In this document: piece by piece, positions 1 through 7,997 of the stretch
Position numbering within the stretch: the first letter of the stretch is position 1
Layout of the letters: each line of letters begins with the position of its first letter
IMG/VR virus record: IMGVR_UViG_3300008255_000275
Coordinates: 1 to 35,629 of that record
DNA from: a virus
Taxonomy: Duplodnaviria; Caudoviricetes
Length of the DNA: 35,629 nt
Reading direction: 5' to 3' (one strand)
Made by a program: the position numbers and the translations under genes
Notes under the pieces: model-generated
What the model was told of the DNA's origin: nothing
Seen by the model: only the letters and a program-made list of their open reading frames with translations
Databases searched by the model: none

Positions 1-126
1 AAGCTGGGCGCTGACCTTAGCGACTATACAGATACCGACATAAACAGCCTTACGAAGTCCGAAGCCAGCGACATTATAGATACACTAAAGGACGACGTTA
101 CAGACGCCGACGCCTGGGAAGATTAG
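1..126 (+). CDS. 3' end of a truncated hypothetical phage protein
   Basis: Open frame from base 1 (KLGADLSDY...LTKSEASDIIDTLKDDVTDADAWED) to TAG at 124-126, followed by the RBS of the next gene. Confidence 0.6.
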   Translation, partial: KLGADLSDYTDTDINSLTKSEASDIIDTLKDDVTDADAWED

Positions 127-135
127 GGGGCAGTT

Positions 136-348
136 ATGGCAAAGACTATTTGTAAAGCAAAGAAAACAGGACAAGTAAAAGAGCGTGGCAAGGCAAGTAT
201 AGAATGGCACGACGAAGACGGTACACCGCATTACTATTGCTACGGATATATTGATATGAGTACCGAAGAATTATTACCAGTGTGTAATGAGTGTAGGGAT
301 AATGTACAATTTGCACAAGAAGACTTAGAACAGGGGGTGCAAGTGTGA
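136..348 (+). CDS. Small Cys-containing hypothetical protein
   Basis: AGGGGG RBS, 70 aa, CxxC near C-terminus, stop overlaps next GTG start. Confidence 0.75.
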   Translation: MAKTICKAKKTGQVKERGKASIEWHDEDGTPHYYCYGYIDMSTEELLPVCNECRDNVQFAQEDLEQGVQV

Positions 349-971
349 CAGATACCATAAAGACACTACCAAAAACTATTATCGTTGCTGGTATCCCGTT
401 CGAAATCACGTACAAAGACGAAATACTGGAAGCCTGTAGATACGTTAGCACTTCGGAACTATTAGAACAGGAAATAACCGTTAAGTCTACGCTTCCCTTC
501 CCCCGCCAGCTATCCTATGTAATCAATGAAATAGGGCGAAGACTTTTAGACGCTTCCGGGTTATCGGAAAAACAGAATAACGCTACTTCCCCTACTTTCG
601 GTACCGTGCTTTACAGGTTCATAAGGGAAAACAGCTTCGACTGGTTATACAAAGGCCAGGAAGCTTCTGGACCACCCAGTACGATATTTATTAACGGTAT
701 GCCCTATACGGTTACCTTTAGCCGGGACAGCTACTTAGACGCCCTTAGCTTGCTGGGGGAAGTCGATTATACACAGTTAACCATTAGCCTGCATAGTAAG
801 CTAAAAACCGAAGGTAAGGCCGTTGTATTCCTACACGAAGCCGCCCACGCAATATTATACGAAGCGCGCTGCTTAAAGGTCCACAACGACGAAAGTATTA
901 TAGAACCGCTAAGCTACCTACTGTATCAACTATTCAAACAGAATGATTTTAGCTTCGCGTATAACGGATAA
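345..971 (+). CDS. Tandem zincin-like (ImmA/IrrE-like) metallopeptidase-domain protein
   Basis: HEAAH motif plus downstream E in the C-terminal half; the N-terminal half is an internal duplicate lacking the histidines. Confidence 0.6.
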   Translation: MTDTIKTLPKTIIVAGIPFEITYKDEILEACRYVSTSELLEQEITVKSTLPFPRQLSYVINEIGRRLLDASGLSEKQNNATSPTFGTVLYRFIRENSFDWLYKGQEASGPPSTIFINGMPYTVTFSRDSYLDALSLLGEVDYTQLTISLHSKLKTEGKAVVFLHEAAHAILYEARCLKVHNDESIIEPLSYLLYQLFKQNDFSFAYNG

Positions 972-999
972 AAACTAAAAATAAGGAAGGTGTAAAACC

Positions 1000-1485
1000 A
1001 TGAAACAATTTAAAGAGCAAGACCTAAGTTACCTACCAGAGGAACTACAGCGCATTTTAAGGGACATCATACCAGGCGACGCTATAGTACAGCAAATCGT
1101 AGTACACAAAGTAAGACAAGACGGTGACCAGGAAGACGGCTGTAGCGCGTTCGGCTGCGAAGACTGTAGTAATTGCCCTATTGACGCAGCTATGAACGAA
1201 TTAGAAGACAGGGTCGAAGCCCACGGCGAAATATGCGACTACCTTAACAACCTGTACGCTTCGAAGAACGCCGACTATGGTAACGCCTTCGGTGATACGT
1301 TCAAAGAATTAGGTATCGTATCCGCTATTACAAGGATTACCGACAAGACGAACAGGCTTAAATCTTTATGTAAGCCGGGAGCCGACCAAAGGGTTAACGA
1401 CGAAAGCGTACGCGACACGCTTTTAGACCTGGCCAACTACGCCATTATGACAGTTATAGAGATGGACAACGAAGGGGGTAACTAA
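1000..1485 (+). CDS. DUF1599 / nucleotide-modification-associated domain protein
   Basis: KNADYGNAF...RITDKTNRL...ESVRDTLLDLANYAIM signature; AAGGAAGG RBS. Confidence 0.75.
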   Translation: MKQFKEQDLSYLPEELQRILRDIIPGDAIVQQIVVHKVRQDGDQEDGCSAFGCEDCSNCPIDAAMNELEDRVEAHGEICDYLNNLYASKNADYGNAFGDTFKELGIVSAITRITDKTNRLKSLCKPGADQRVNDESVRDTLLDLANYAIMTVIEMDNEGGN

Positions 1486-1486
1486 T

Positions 1487-1816
1487 ATGGACGACACCAC
1501 AAAGCAATTCGTTACCTTCAACGACAGTACACAGCGTACCACTATCCTAAGAGTACTGGCGGAGCGTAACCGCCAGGATTGTAAATGGGGCGAACAGAAC
1601 CACCCTATAGAAAAGTGGGTCCCTATCCTGGGCGAAGAATTCGGGGAACTATGCGAAGCGATTAACGAAACGGTCTTCGACAATAACAGCGACAAGGGCG
1701 GTTATGAGAACGTGCGAAATGAAGCGATACACGTAGCCGCTGTAGCTGTAGGCTTCCTGGAATGTATTGAAAGGAATAAAGATTCCTTCTTCCCGGAAGG
1801 GGGTAAAACAAAGTGA
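1487..1816 (+). CDS. MazG-like nucleotide pyrophosphohydrolase
   Basis: ERNRQDCKWGEQNH...ILGEEFGE...EAIHVAAVA pattern typical of phage MazG-like proteins. Confidence 0.7.
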   Translation: MDDTTKQFVTFNDSTQRTTILRVLAERNRQDCKWGEQNHPIEKWVPILGEEFGELCEAINETVFDNNSDKGGYENVRNEAIHVAAVAVGFLECIERNKDSFFPEGGKTK

Positions 1817-1893
1817 GCGACGCGGTAATTATAACAACTTTAATATGTGTCACTTTAGTAATGTTAGCAAATATCGGAAGAAATAAAAAGTAA
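1813..1893 (+). CDS. 26-aa hydrophobic peptide (not in ORF track)
   Basis: GTG overlaps upstream TGA, AAGGGGG RBS; MSDAVIITTLICVTLVMLANIGRNKK fills the gap. Confidence 0.5.
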   Translation: MSDAVIITTLICVTLVMLANIGRNKK

Positions 1894-1904
1894 GGGGGTT
1901 AACC

Positions 1905-2540
1905 ATGTTTAATATTTCAAAGATAAAGAAACTTATTACGAAAAGCGCCAAGATTAACGGCGCTTCCTTCCCACCAACCGAAGACAAGCCAGCTACAGAC
2001 ATTCTATTTACGATTGAAGGCTATATCGCCTTTAAAATATCGTCATATGATACGGAAATTGTAGCTAAGCTTATCGAAGTCGGCGCTATGGAACTTGACT
2101 ACAGCTTTAAAAATAAAAGCGACCTTTCCAGCTTGTTTAATGTACATTCTTACGACGTGGAACCGTTCGAACTTACAAAGGTTACGGTTACAGAAGCCAA
2201 GAAACAGATAAGCATACTGCAAGGTAAGGAATATGTATCCTTTATAGATAAAGACTTTACTGACTGTTTTACGGGCGGTAACTTCTTCGGACAGGCGAAA
2301 CAACGCGGCGTAATATTCCATATTGAGAATGACAAAACCAAGGGCGTAATAATGCCATTTAAAACAGACAGTATAGGCGTGATACAAGAAATCGCAAGTA
2401 AAACAACGCCGACGGTAACCATTAAGGAAGGCGACGACCACTTCGGTTACTGTAGTAATTGCCAGAGGGCCGAAAAGATTAGGACCTGGCACGACTACAA
2501 ATTTTGTCCATGCTGCGGCCATAAAATCGAAAGGCGGTAA
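1905..2540 (+). CDS. Hypothetical protein with C-terminal zinc ribbon
   Basis: AAGGGGG RBS; CSNC...FCPCCG at C-terminus. Confidence 0.75.
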   Translation: MFNISKIKKLITKSAKINGASFPPTEDKPATDILFTIEGYIAFKISSYDTEIVAKLIEVGAMELDYSFKNKSDLSSLFNVHSYDVEPFELTKVTVTEAKKQISILQGKEYVSFIDKDFTDCFTGGNFFGQAKQRGVIFHIENDKTKGVIMPFKTDSIGVIQEIASKTTPTVTIKEGDDHFGYCSNCQRAEKIRTWHDYKFCPCCGHKIERR

Positions 2541-2546
2541 ACGGAT

Positions 2547-2819
2547 ATGAAGACTACGAAGACTGTTTATAAATGCGACTTATGCGAAGCTGAACTACCA
2601 GAAGACTACGTAAGCACGGACGGCGAAGGTAATAGTTACTTCGTAAAGAATTTGTATGACGAAATGCCCCTATCTTCCCCGGTATTGGAGTGTAACGCCA
2701 TGGTGATACACGTTAGAATAGGCGGCCGTAAAGACGAAACAAGGTATAACGACATATGTAACAAGTGTAGGCTAAAGCTTCTTAAACAAGCTGTAAAGCG
2801 CCTGGAAAGTGAGGTCTAA
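2547..2819 (+). CDS. Zinc-finger hypothetical protein
   Basis: CDLC...DICNKC; RBS AAAGGCGG. Confidence 0.7.
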   Translation: MKTTKTVYKCDLCEAELPEDYVSTDGEGNSYFVKNLYDEMPLSSPVLECNAMVIHVRIGGRKDETRYNDICNKCRLKLLKQAVKRLESEV

Positions 2820-2821
2820 CC

Positions 2822-2986
2822 ATGCACGGTAAACGCCCCACCTTAGCACAAAGAAAGCTTATAGAAAAGTTTAACCTTAATTCCGATAACTGGCTGGTAC
2901 AAAAGGATACTAACGAAGCCATGCAGATAGTACACCGCGTTTCAAGTACCGTAAAGAAGCTTCCGAAGGGGGCGCCCAGGGCATGA
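2822..2986 (+). CDS. 54-aa phage protein, DUF6906-like (not in ORF track)
   Basis: GAGGT RBS; MHGKRPTLAQRKLIEKFNLNSDNWLVQKDT...IVHR resembles a common small Firmicute phage family. Confidence 0.65.
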   Translation: MHGKRPTLAQRKLIEKFNLNSDNWLVQKDTNEAMQIVHRVSSTVKKLPKGAPRA

Positions 2987-3120
2987 CATGGATAATTATA
3001 ATAGCGTCGGCGTTAATTGTAACCGCCTTGTACTGCTGCTTAAAGGTGGCAAGCGACGCCGACGACTGGGCCGAACAGGAAGAAATAAAACGAAGAAAGG
3101 ACGGTAAAAACCATGGGTAA
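2983..3120 (+). CDS. 45-aa single-TM protein (not in ORF track)
   Basis: ATGA overlap, AAGGGGG RBS; MTWIIIIASALIVTALYCCLKVASDADD... Confidence 0.6.
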   Translation: MTWIIIIASALIVTALYCCLKVASDADDWAEQEEIKRRKDGKNHG

Positions 3121-3478
3121 AAAGTCAAAATACTACTTCCCACCGAAGAAACAAAAGACGCCGACGCCTATAACAATTAGCGACGACGTGAAGGCAGAAC
3201 TACACAGATTAGCCAAAGAACAATTAGCCTATTTAGAAACACAAAGCTTAGACCGCTACTTAGTGCTGGTTATGGCTACCTTGCATACGGAACCGTCCTT
3301 CCGCTTCGGGGCGGAACGTCTTAATAGGTTCGCTGGAAGACTTACGGCAATCAGTGACGAATTAGCAAATAAACCAGGCTGGTACCCAGAACTTACAAGA
3401 GAACTGGAAGCTATGGGCGTCGAAGCATTTAAGGGCGCAATCGAAGGGAAATTCGACGACAAAGAGGTTACACCATGA
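3113..3478 (+). CDS. Hypothetical phage protein
   Basis: AAAGGACGG RBS; FRFGAERLNRF motif resembles GFGxxRLxRF phage proteins. Confidence 0.7.
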   Translation: MGKKSKYYFPPKKQKTPTPITISDDVKAELHRLAKEQLAYLETQSLDRYLVLVMATLHTEPSFRFGAERLNRFAGRLTAISDELANKPGWYPELTRELEAMGVEAFKGAIEGKFDDKEVTP

Positions 3479-3627
3479 AGCCCGTAGCCGAAAAGACAAA
3501 AGATTATCCACAAGACCCACCGCGAACCGTGGATAACGTAGAGCGCTGTATATGCTGCGGTGATATTATACCAGAGGGGCGCCAGGTATGCCCCAGCTGT
3601 GAAAGGAGCGTTAAGAAAAGTGAATGA
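3475..3627 (+). CDS. 50-aa zinc-ribbon protein (not in ORF track)
   Basis: ATGA overlap, AGAGGT RBS; CICCGDIIPEGRQVCPSCE. Confidence 0.65.
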   Translation: MKPVAEKTKDYPQDPPRTVDNVERCICCGDIIPEGRQVCPSCERSVKKSE

Positions 3628-3970
3628 AAATATACCGGGACAATTTGAAATAACTGATTATGTAGAGATACCAAAAGCGCCGACCGTTTACCTGGCTGGC
3701 AAAATGACGGGACTTGTAAACTATAAAGCGCTATTCGATATATACGCAAGAATACTAAAAGGTTCGGGATATGCGGTATTTAACCCGGCTACCCTTCCCG
3801 CTGGCCTTGACTACGAAGACTACTTCCCTATCTGCTTTAAAATGATTGACGCAGCTAAGCACGTGGCACTAATGCCGAACTGGGTAGACAGTCCAGGTGC
3901 AAACCGTGAAAAGGAATACGCGGAAAGTAAGGGGTATAAAGTTACCTACCTGGAAGGCGGTGTAAGCTGA
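3620..3970 (+). CDS. DUF4406 (nucleoside 2-deoxyribosyltransferase-like) protein
   Basis: VYLAGKMTG...VFNPA...W..SPGANRE..YA; GTG start at 3620 chosen from GAAAGGAG RBS. Confidence 0.75.
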   Translation: MNENIPGQFEITDYVEIPKAPTVYLAGKMTGLVNYKALFDIYARILKGSGYAVFNPATLPAGLDYEDYFPICFKMIDAAKHVALMPNWVDSPGANREKEYAESKGYKVTYLEGGVS

Positions 3971-4335
3971 TGGCGACGAATAACGAGTACTACGACTACC
4001 TGGTTCATGAAGTCCAGACCGTCCTTAACTGCGAAGAAGAAAAAGCCATGTCCGTAGTGGCATATGTAAATAGCCTGGGCGGCGACCCTATAGAGTTTAT
4101 ACACAGGCTTCCGGGTTTACTTTATACAGCCACGCCAGACGTAGACGAACTACTGGTAATGTTAGATAATATAAGCGACGAGAAATTCGCGCCTAAGTAT
4201 GGCGTATGCTTCCCACAGGGTTACCAAAACAGGGCTGCAAGACGCAAGGACAAGAAACGCGCAGCCAAGGAAGCGAAGGCGGAAGCTAAAAGGCTGGAAG
4301 ACATGAAATTAGTAACGAAGAACGTACAGCTATAA
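3970..4335 (+). CDS. Hypothetical protein with basic NRAARR tail
   Basis: Start overlaps upstream stop, AAGGCGG RBS. Confidence 0.7.
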   Translation: MATNNEYYDYLVHEVQTVLNCEEEKAMSVVAYVNSLGGDPIEFIHRLPGLLYTATPDVDELLVMLDNISDEKFAPKYGVCFPQGYQNRAARRKDKKRAAKEAKAEAKRLEDMKLVTKNVQL

Positions 4336-4450
4336 ACGTAAGTCATAGAGCATATGACGAGCAACGAACGACGAAGAACTAAAAAAGTTGAGCGTAGAAC
4401 GTCTAAAGCGTGGCGAAATTCGAAAAACTCAAAACCTAAAGCCTTAGAAG

Positions 4451-4669
4451 CTACAGCTTTAAGAACCTTTAAGTAACTACTAATACTTAATAGTACTACT
4501 AATATACTATATAATATTATATAAATTATTATTTTAATTATTATATTATATTATATATAAGAGTTGTTTTCTTTTGGGGGGGTACATGGTTTTACCATTC
4601 CTTTTAGGAGTGTGTTTTACATAGGGTTTTTAATACCCCCCCTTTCAAATTTTTAATTTATATATTTTT
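4451..4669. repeat. Copy 1 of degenerate non-coding element (CTACAGCTTTAA / AT tract / GGGGGTA..TACCCCC / TTTATATATTTTT)
   Basis: Same ordered motifs with near-identical spacing at 34935-35142. Confidence 0.75.
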
Positions 4670-4685
4670 TCGTGGGGGTGGATTA

Positions 4686-5030
4686 GTGGCTGGAAGGATA
4701 AGTAGACGAACTGTAAGACGCTGGCTAAATGAGTGGGACAGCTTAGTACGCGGTGGACCGCCGACCGAAGACGCGATACCAGGAAACAGCGCAAACAAAC
4801 CAACGGACGGAATTACCGCCAGGCAGCTCAATAAAATAATGCTGGAAATGGCTTACGAAGCTTTACCGCTGGAACTGCGAACCGTCGCGTATTACCGCTG
4901 GGTTAACCCTGTACCTTTAGGGCAGACGTTGAAACGGCTTAACTACACCAAAGACCAGTATTATTACAGGTGTGATAAAGTGGTTAGTTACGTCTTCCAT
5001 TTCGTCAACGGTGACAAGGATTGTCTTTAA
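4686..5030 (+). CDS. Late transcriptional regulator (ArpU/RinA or sigma-70 region 4-like HTH)
   Basis: Position just before terminase; ALPLELRTVAYYRW...LKRLNYTKDQYYYRCDK pattern. Confidence 0.6.
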   Translation: MAGRISRRTVRRWLNEWDSLVRGGPPTEDAIPGNSANKPTDGITARQLNKIMLEMAYEALPLELRTVAYYRWVNPVPLGQTLKRLNYTKDQYYYRCDKVVSYVFHFVNGDKDCL

Positions 5031-5035
5031 GACAA
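5021..5035. promoter_or_regulatory. Operator TTGTC-N5-GACAA
   Basis: TTGTCTTTAAGACAA; same dyad at 31882, 31918 and 35510. Confidence 0.6.
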
Positions 5036-5045
5036 TATTAAATTA

Positions 5046-5094
5046 TTGTATAATTCCGAAAAGGGTTATATAATAACATTACAATGTTATTATA
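5046..5094 (+). promoter_or_regulatory. Candidate late-operon promoter with overlapping 26-bp palindrome
   Basis: TTGTAT-N17-TATAAT (5046-5074); TATAATAACATT-AC-AATGTTATTATA (5069-5094). Confidence 0.55.
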
Positions 5095-5212
5095 ATGTCT
5101 ATTAGTAACCAGGGGGCGCGGGCTTTTTCCGTAGCCCCCTTCGTGTATCCGTACAAAACTTTATTTTCAAGGTTACGCCGACATTCGAAAATCAAAACAA
5201 GGGGGTATTTTT

Positions 5213-5962
5213 ATGGGAACCAGTACAAATAAAAGCATAATGCTACCAGAAGAATACGACCCCTACGATATGCGCCTAAAAGTGCAATTCCACCCGCAAG
5301 CCGACCATATTAACATAATTTCTACAATGCGTAAGAACCCTACGCTATGCTGTGGGGCCATGAAAGGCGGTAAGCCTTGCAGACAAGCAGCGGGCGCGGG
5401 AACAAATCATTTAGGTTATGGTAGGTGTCGCTTACATGGTGGCAATAATACGGGTCCTAAGACGCCAGAAGGTAAAGCCAGGTCCGTAGCAAATAATCGA
5501 ATACACGGGCTTTACGCTAAGACGCTTCTACCCGAAGAACAAGCAATCTTCGACGAACTACAGGACGCGGAACCTAAAAGCCTGGAATACGAAATTAACT
5601 TACAGAAAGCTAAGATTATCGGCTATCTGAACCGACAACGTGAGAAATTCGAAAAAGACCGGGAAAAGGAAGGCGACGAAATCGCTTATAAGAAGTCTAA
5701 AGTATTTTACAGCGAAAGCGAAAACGGCGGTCGCTCTTATTATCACGCTGGAACTATCGAAGACAAGGCCTTAGACAGAGCGCTTAACACACTTCGTAGA
5801 TTAGTGGAAGCCCATAATAGGATTAACACCGAAGAAAAGACAGACGATATTATGGACACTATTAACAACGAACTTAGGGCAGCTTCCAAAGGACAAGTAA
5901 GTATTTCCTGGGGCGGAAATCCGCAGAACAAAAGCCCAGGAAACGACGAAGAAAACGACTAA
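5213..5962 (+). CDS. terS: Terminase small subunit (HGGxSTG-domain type)
   Basis: CRLHGGNNTGPKTPEGKAR...HGLY motif; upstream of terL. Confidence 0.7.
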   Translation: MGTSTNKSIMLPEEYDPYDMRLKVQFHPQADHINIISTMRKNPTLCCGAMKGGKPCRQAAGAGTNHLGYGRCRLHGGNNTGPKTPEGKARSVANNRIHGLYAKTLLPEEQAIFDELQDAEPKSLEYEINLQKAKIIGYLNRQREKFEKDREKEGDEIAYKKSKVFYSESENGGRSYYHAGTIEDKALDRALNTLRRLVEAHNRINTEEKTDDIMDTINNELRAASKGQVSISWGGNPQNKSPGNDEEND

Positions 5963-5981
5963 ACGTAGTACAAATTACAGT

Positions 5982-6007
5982 AAGACGCCTTAAATAGCGT
6001 CTTTTTT
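5982..6007 (+). terminator. Intrinsic terminator after terS
   Basis: AAGACGC-8nt-GCGTCTT followed by T run. Confidence 0.6.
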
Positions 6008-6015
6008 AATACTTT

Positions 6016-6050
6016 AAACGCTGTAAAGCCGCTATTTACAGCGTTTTTAT
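6016..6050 (+). terminator. Second hairpin/terminator after terS
   Basis: AAACGCTGTAAA-GCCGCTA-TTTACAGCGTTT perfect 12-bp stem plus T-rich tail. Confidence 0.55.
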
Positions 6051-6110
6051 TTATACTACTTAATAATTTTGTTTATTAAGTGGCTACACAGAAAGGGGGT
6101 GTCGGTGTCT

Positions 6111-6305
6111 ATGAATAAGGACGTTGACCCATGTAAGGGGTGCATTTGTACACAGTGCGCCAAAAGTGATTATAACGGCGCTATGTATCTGTGCGCTATG
6201 AAGCTATGCGATAACTGCGAAGAAAGCGAATATATAGTTAAACGGTCCTACTGTGACGAAGCCGTACTACTGGACGACGAAGACACCGACGACCTAAGAC
6301 TATGA
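6111..6305 (+). CDS. 64-aa Cys-rich protein
   Basis: AAAGGGGGTG RBS, 8 Cys (CKGCICTQC...CAMKLCDNC...C), ATGA overlap with terL. Confidence 0.65.
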   Translation: MNKDVDPCKGCICTQCAKSDYNGAMYLCAMKLCDNCEESEYIVKRSYCDEAVLLDDEDTDDLRL

Positions 6306-7981
6306 GCGAAGCATATAATACGACGTTTACATACGTTGACGATATAGACCCGGTAACTGGGGCGCCTGTTATGGTGGCTATCCCCCATACCGTCGCAGCG
6401 GCAAGACAAGGGATACCGTACAACGTGCTTAATAACTTCGGGGACATATTCAAACGTGAAAACCTACGTGAAGCGTGGTGCCTTATGCGCCGTAATGACC
6501 CCTTCGACTATCAAATACAGGTAGCTGACGCTATAATATACAGCTGCTTAAACGGCTTAGGCTGGTACTTCGTTGTACAGATTACCAGACAGGCGGGAAA
6601 GAATGAAATAAGCGCCTTTATCCAGCAATATTTACTACTTTATGGCTGGTATTATGGGGTACGTGTATCCGGGGTAAAATTCGCACCAGTATATAAACCG
6701 CAGATACAGGCTTCCGTGGATAGATTAGAGGGGGCCAACACCGCCGACAGTGGCGGACTTGCTGGAAGCATATTAACAAAAGGCAAGTATAGAAAGTCTG
6801 ACGGCTACAAGTATCATATGGGACCGCCCCGCGATAGCAATAAGTGGGCGTTCTTGTCTATAAACCCGGCGGCCGCGGTAGCTTCACAGACGGCATACAC
6901 CCTATTAGAGGGTGACGAAGCCCAGGACATAGACGCGGATAAGTGGGAACGTGACGCCCAGCCTATGGGGTCGTTCAATAATGCGACTACCGTACTATGG
7001 GGGGTAGCCTGGACGAAAGACTGTTTTATATACAAAGGTGAATTACAGGCGCGGGACATGGAAGGCCGTTTAGAAAAGGAATTAGGCTACCGTCCTAAGC
7101 TTGTTTTTAAGATAGACGCCTACGCGGTAATAAAGTCGGGTAATGATAATTACCGTAAGGCCTTCGAAAACCAGGTAGCGCGTTTAGGTATGGACCATAT
7201 CGCCATACAGACCCAGTATTTATTAAAAGCTGTAGACGCCATAGGGCGCTTTTTTAATTCGGAGCAAATAGCCCGAATATACCACAACGACTACAGTATG
7301 GCAGTACAGCCAGAAAAGGGAAAGACCTATATATGGTCTGTGGACGTTGCGGGCGAAGCCGAAGCAAGTACAGACGTTGACACCGCTGTAGGTATGCACA
7401 AACGCGACGCCCTTACACTTACTATAGGCGAACTTCATAAAGACGGTACCGTAGTCCCGGTATGCTTCTACCAGTGGGTAGGAAAACAACATACGAAAGT
7501 TAGGGATATGTTACCGAAGATAATAAAAGGCCATTGGAATTGTTTAGGTGGTGTATGCGACGCTACAGGTGTCGGCGAACCCCTGGCCTACTATCTCAAA
7601 GAGCAGTTAGACCGAAATAACACAGGTCTTGTAGAAGCTTATAAATTTAAGGCAAGTGGCGACGAAAGTAAAAGTAAGCTGGGGTATCTGGCTTATGACT
7701 TCGTGGCTAACGACCTATTTAAGATACCACCTTCCCCCACTGACCCGGACCAGCGCGAACTATGGCAAGAAGTACGCTGGCAGTTGGAGCATTTGACAAG
7801 GGAAGCAAAACGGCAGCAATATATTAATTTTTACGTACCAGCAAACGCCGAACCACGTAAGCCGGGACACGTACCACATGACGACTTCGCTATGGGTATA
7901 TTCTTGCTTATGAAGGCAGCGCGAAATATTAACGTCAATACACGACAAGCTACAGCGTTCGACCGTAACGACGTAGTCTAA
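6302..7981 (+). CDS. terL: Terminase large subunit
   Basis: Walker A-like TRQAGKNE, Walker B LLEGDEAQD, nuclease residues SVDVAG, DATGVG, HDD. Confidence 0.85.
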   Translation: MSEAYNTTFTYVDDIDPVTGAPVMVAIPHTVAAARQGIPYNVLNNFGDIFKRENLREAWCLMRRNDPFDYQIQVADAIIYSCLNGLGWYFVVQITRQAGKNEISAFIQQYLLLYGWYYGVRVSGVKFAPVYKPQIQASVDRLEGANTADSGGLAGSILTKGKYRKSDGYKYHMGPPRDSNKWAFLSINPAAAVASQTAYTLLEGDEAQDIDADKWERDAQPMGSFNNATTVLWGVAWTKDCFIYKGELQARDMEGRLEKELGYRPKLVFKIDAYAVIKSGNDNYRKAFENQVARLGMDHIAIQTQYLLKAVDAIGRFFNSEQIARIYHNDYSMAVQPEKGKTYIWSVDVAGEAEASTDVDTAVGMHKRDALTLTIGELHKDGTVVPVCFYQWVGKQHTKVRDMLPKIIKGHWNCLGGVCDATGVGEPLAYYLKEQLDRNNTGLVEAYKFKASGDESKSKLGYLAYDFVANDLFKIPPSPTDPDQRELWQEVRWQLEHLTREAKRQQYINFYVPANAEPRKPGHVPHDDFAMGIFLLMKAARNINVNTRQATAFDRNDVV

Positions 7982-7997
7982 GAAGGGGGTTAAGAAT

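Noticed and set aside
4470-4560. CRISPR array or simple microsatellite
   Set aside because: No regular repeat-spacer periodicity; treated as part of the duplicated element.
5438-5450. Possible second VR (GGTGGCAAT in terS)
   Set aside because: Only about 9 nt match TR and there is no IMH; I saw no second target in the window, though one could lie outside it.
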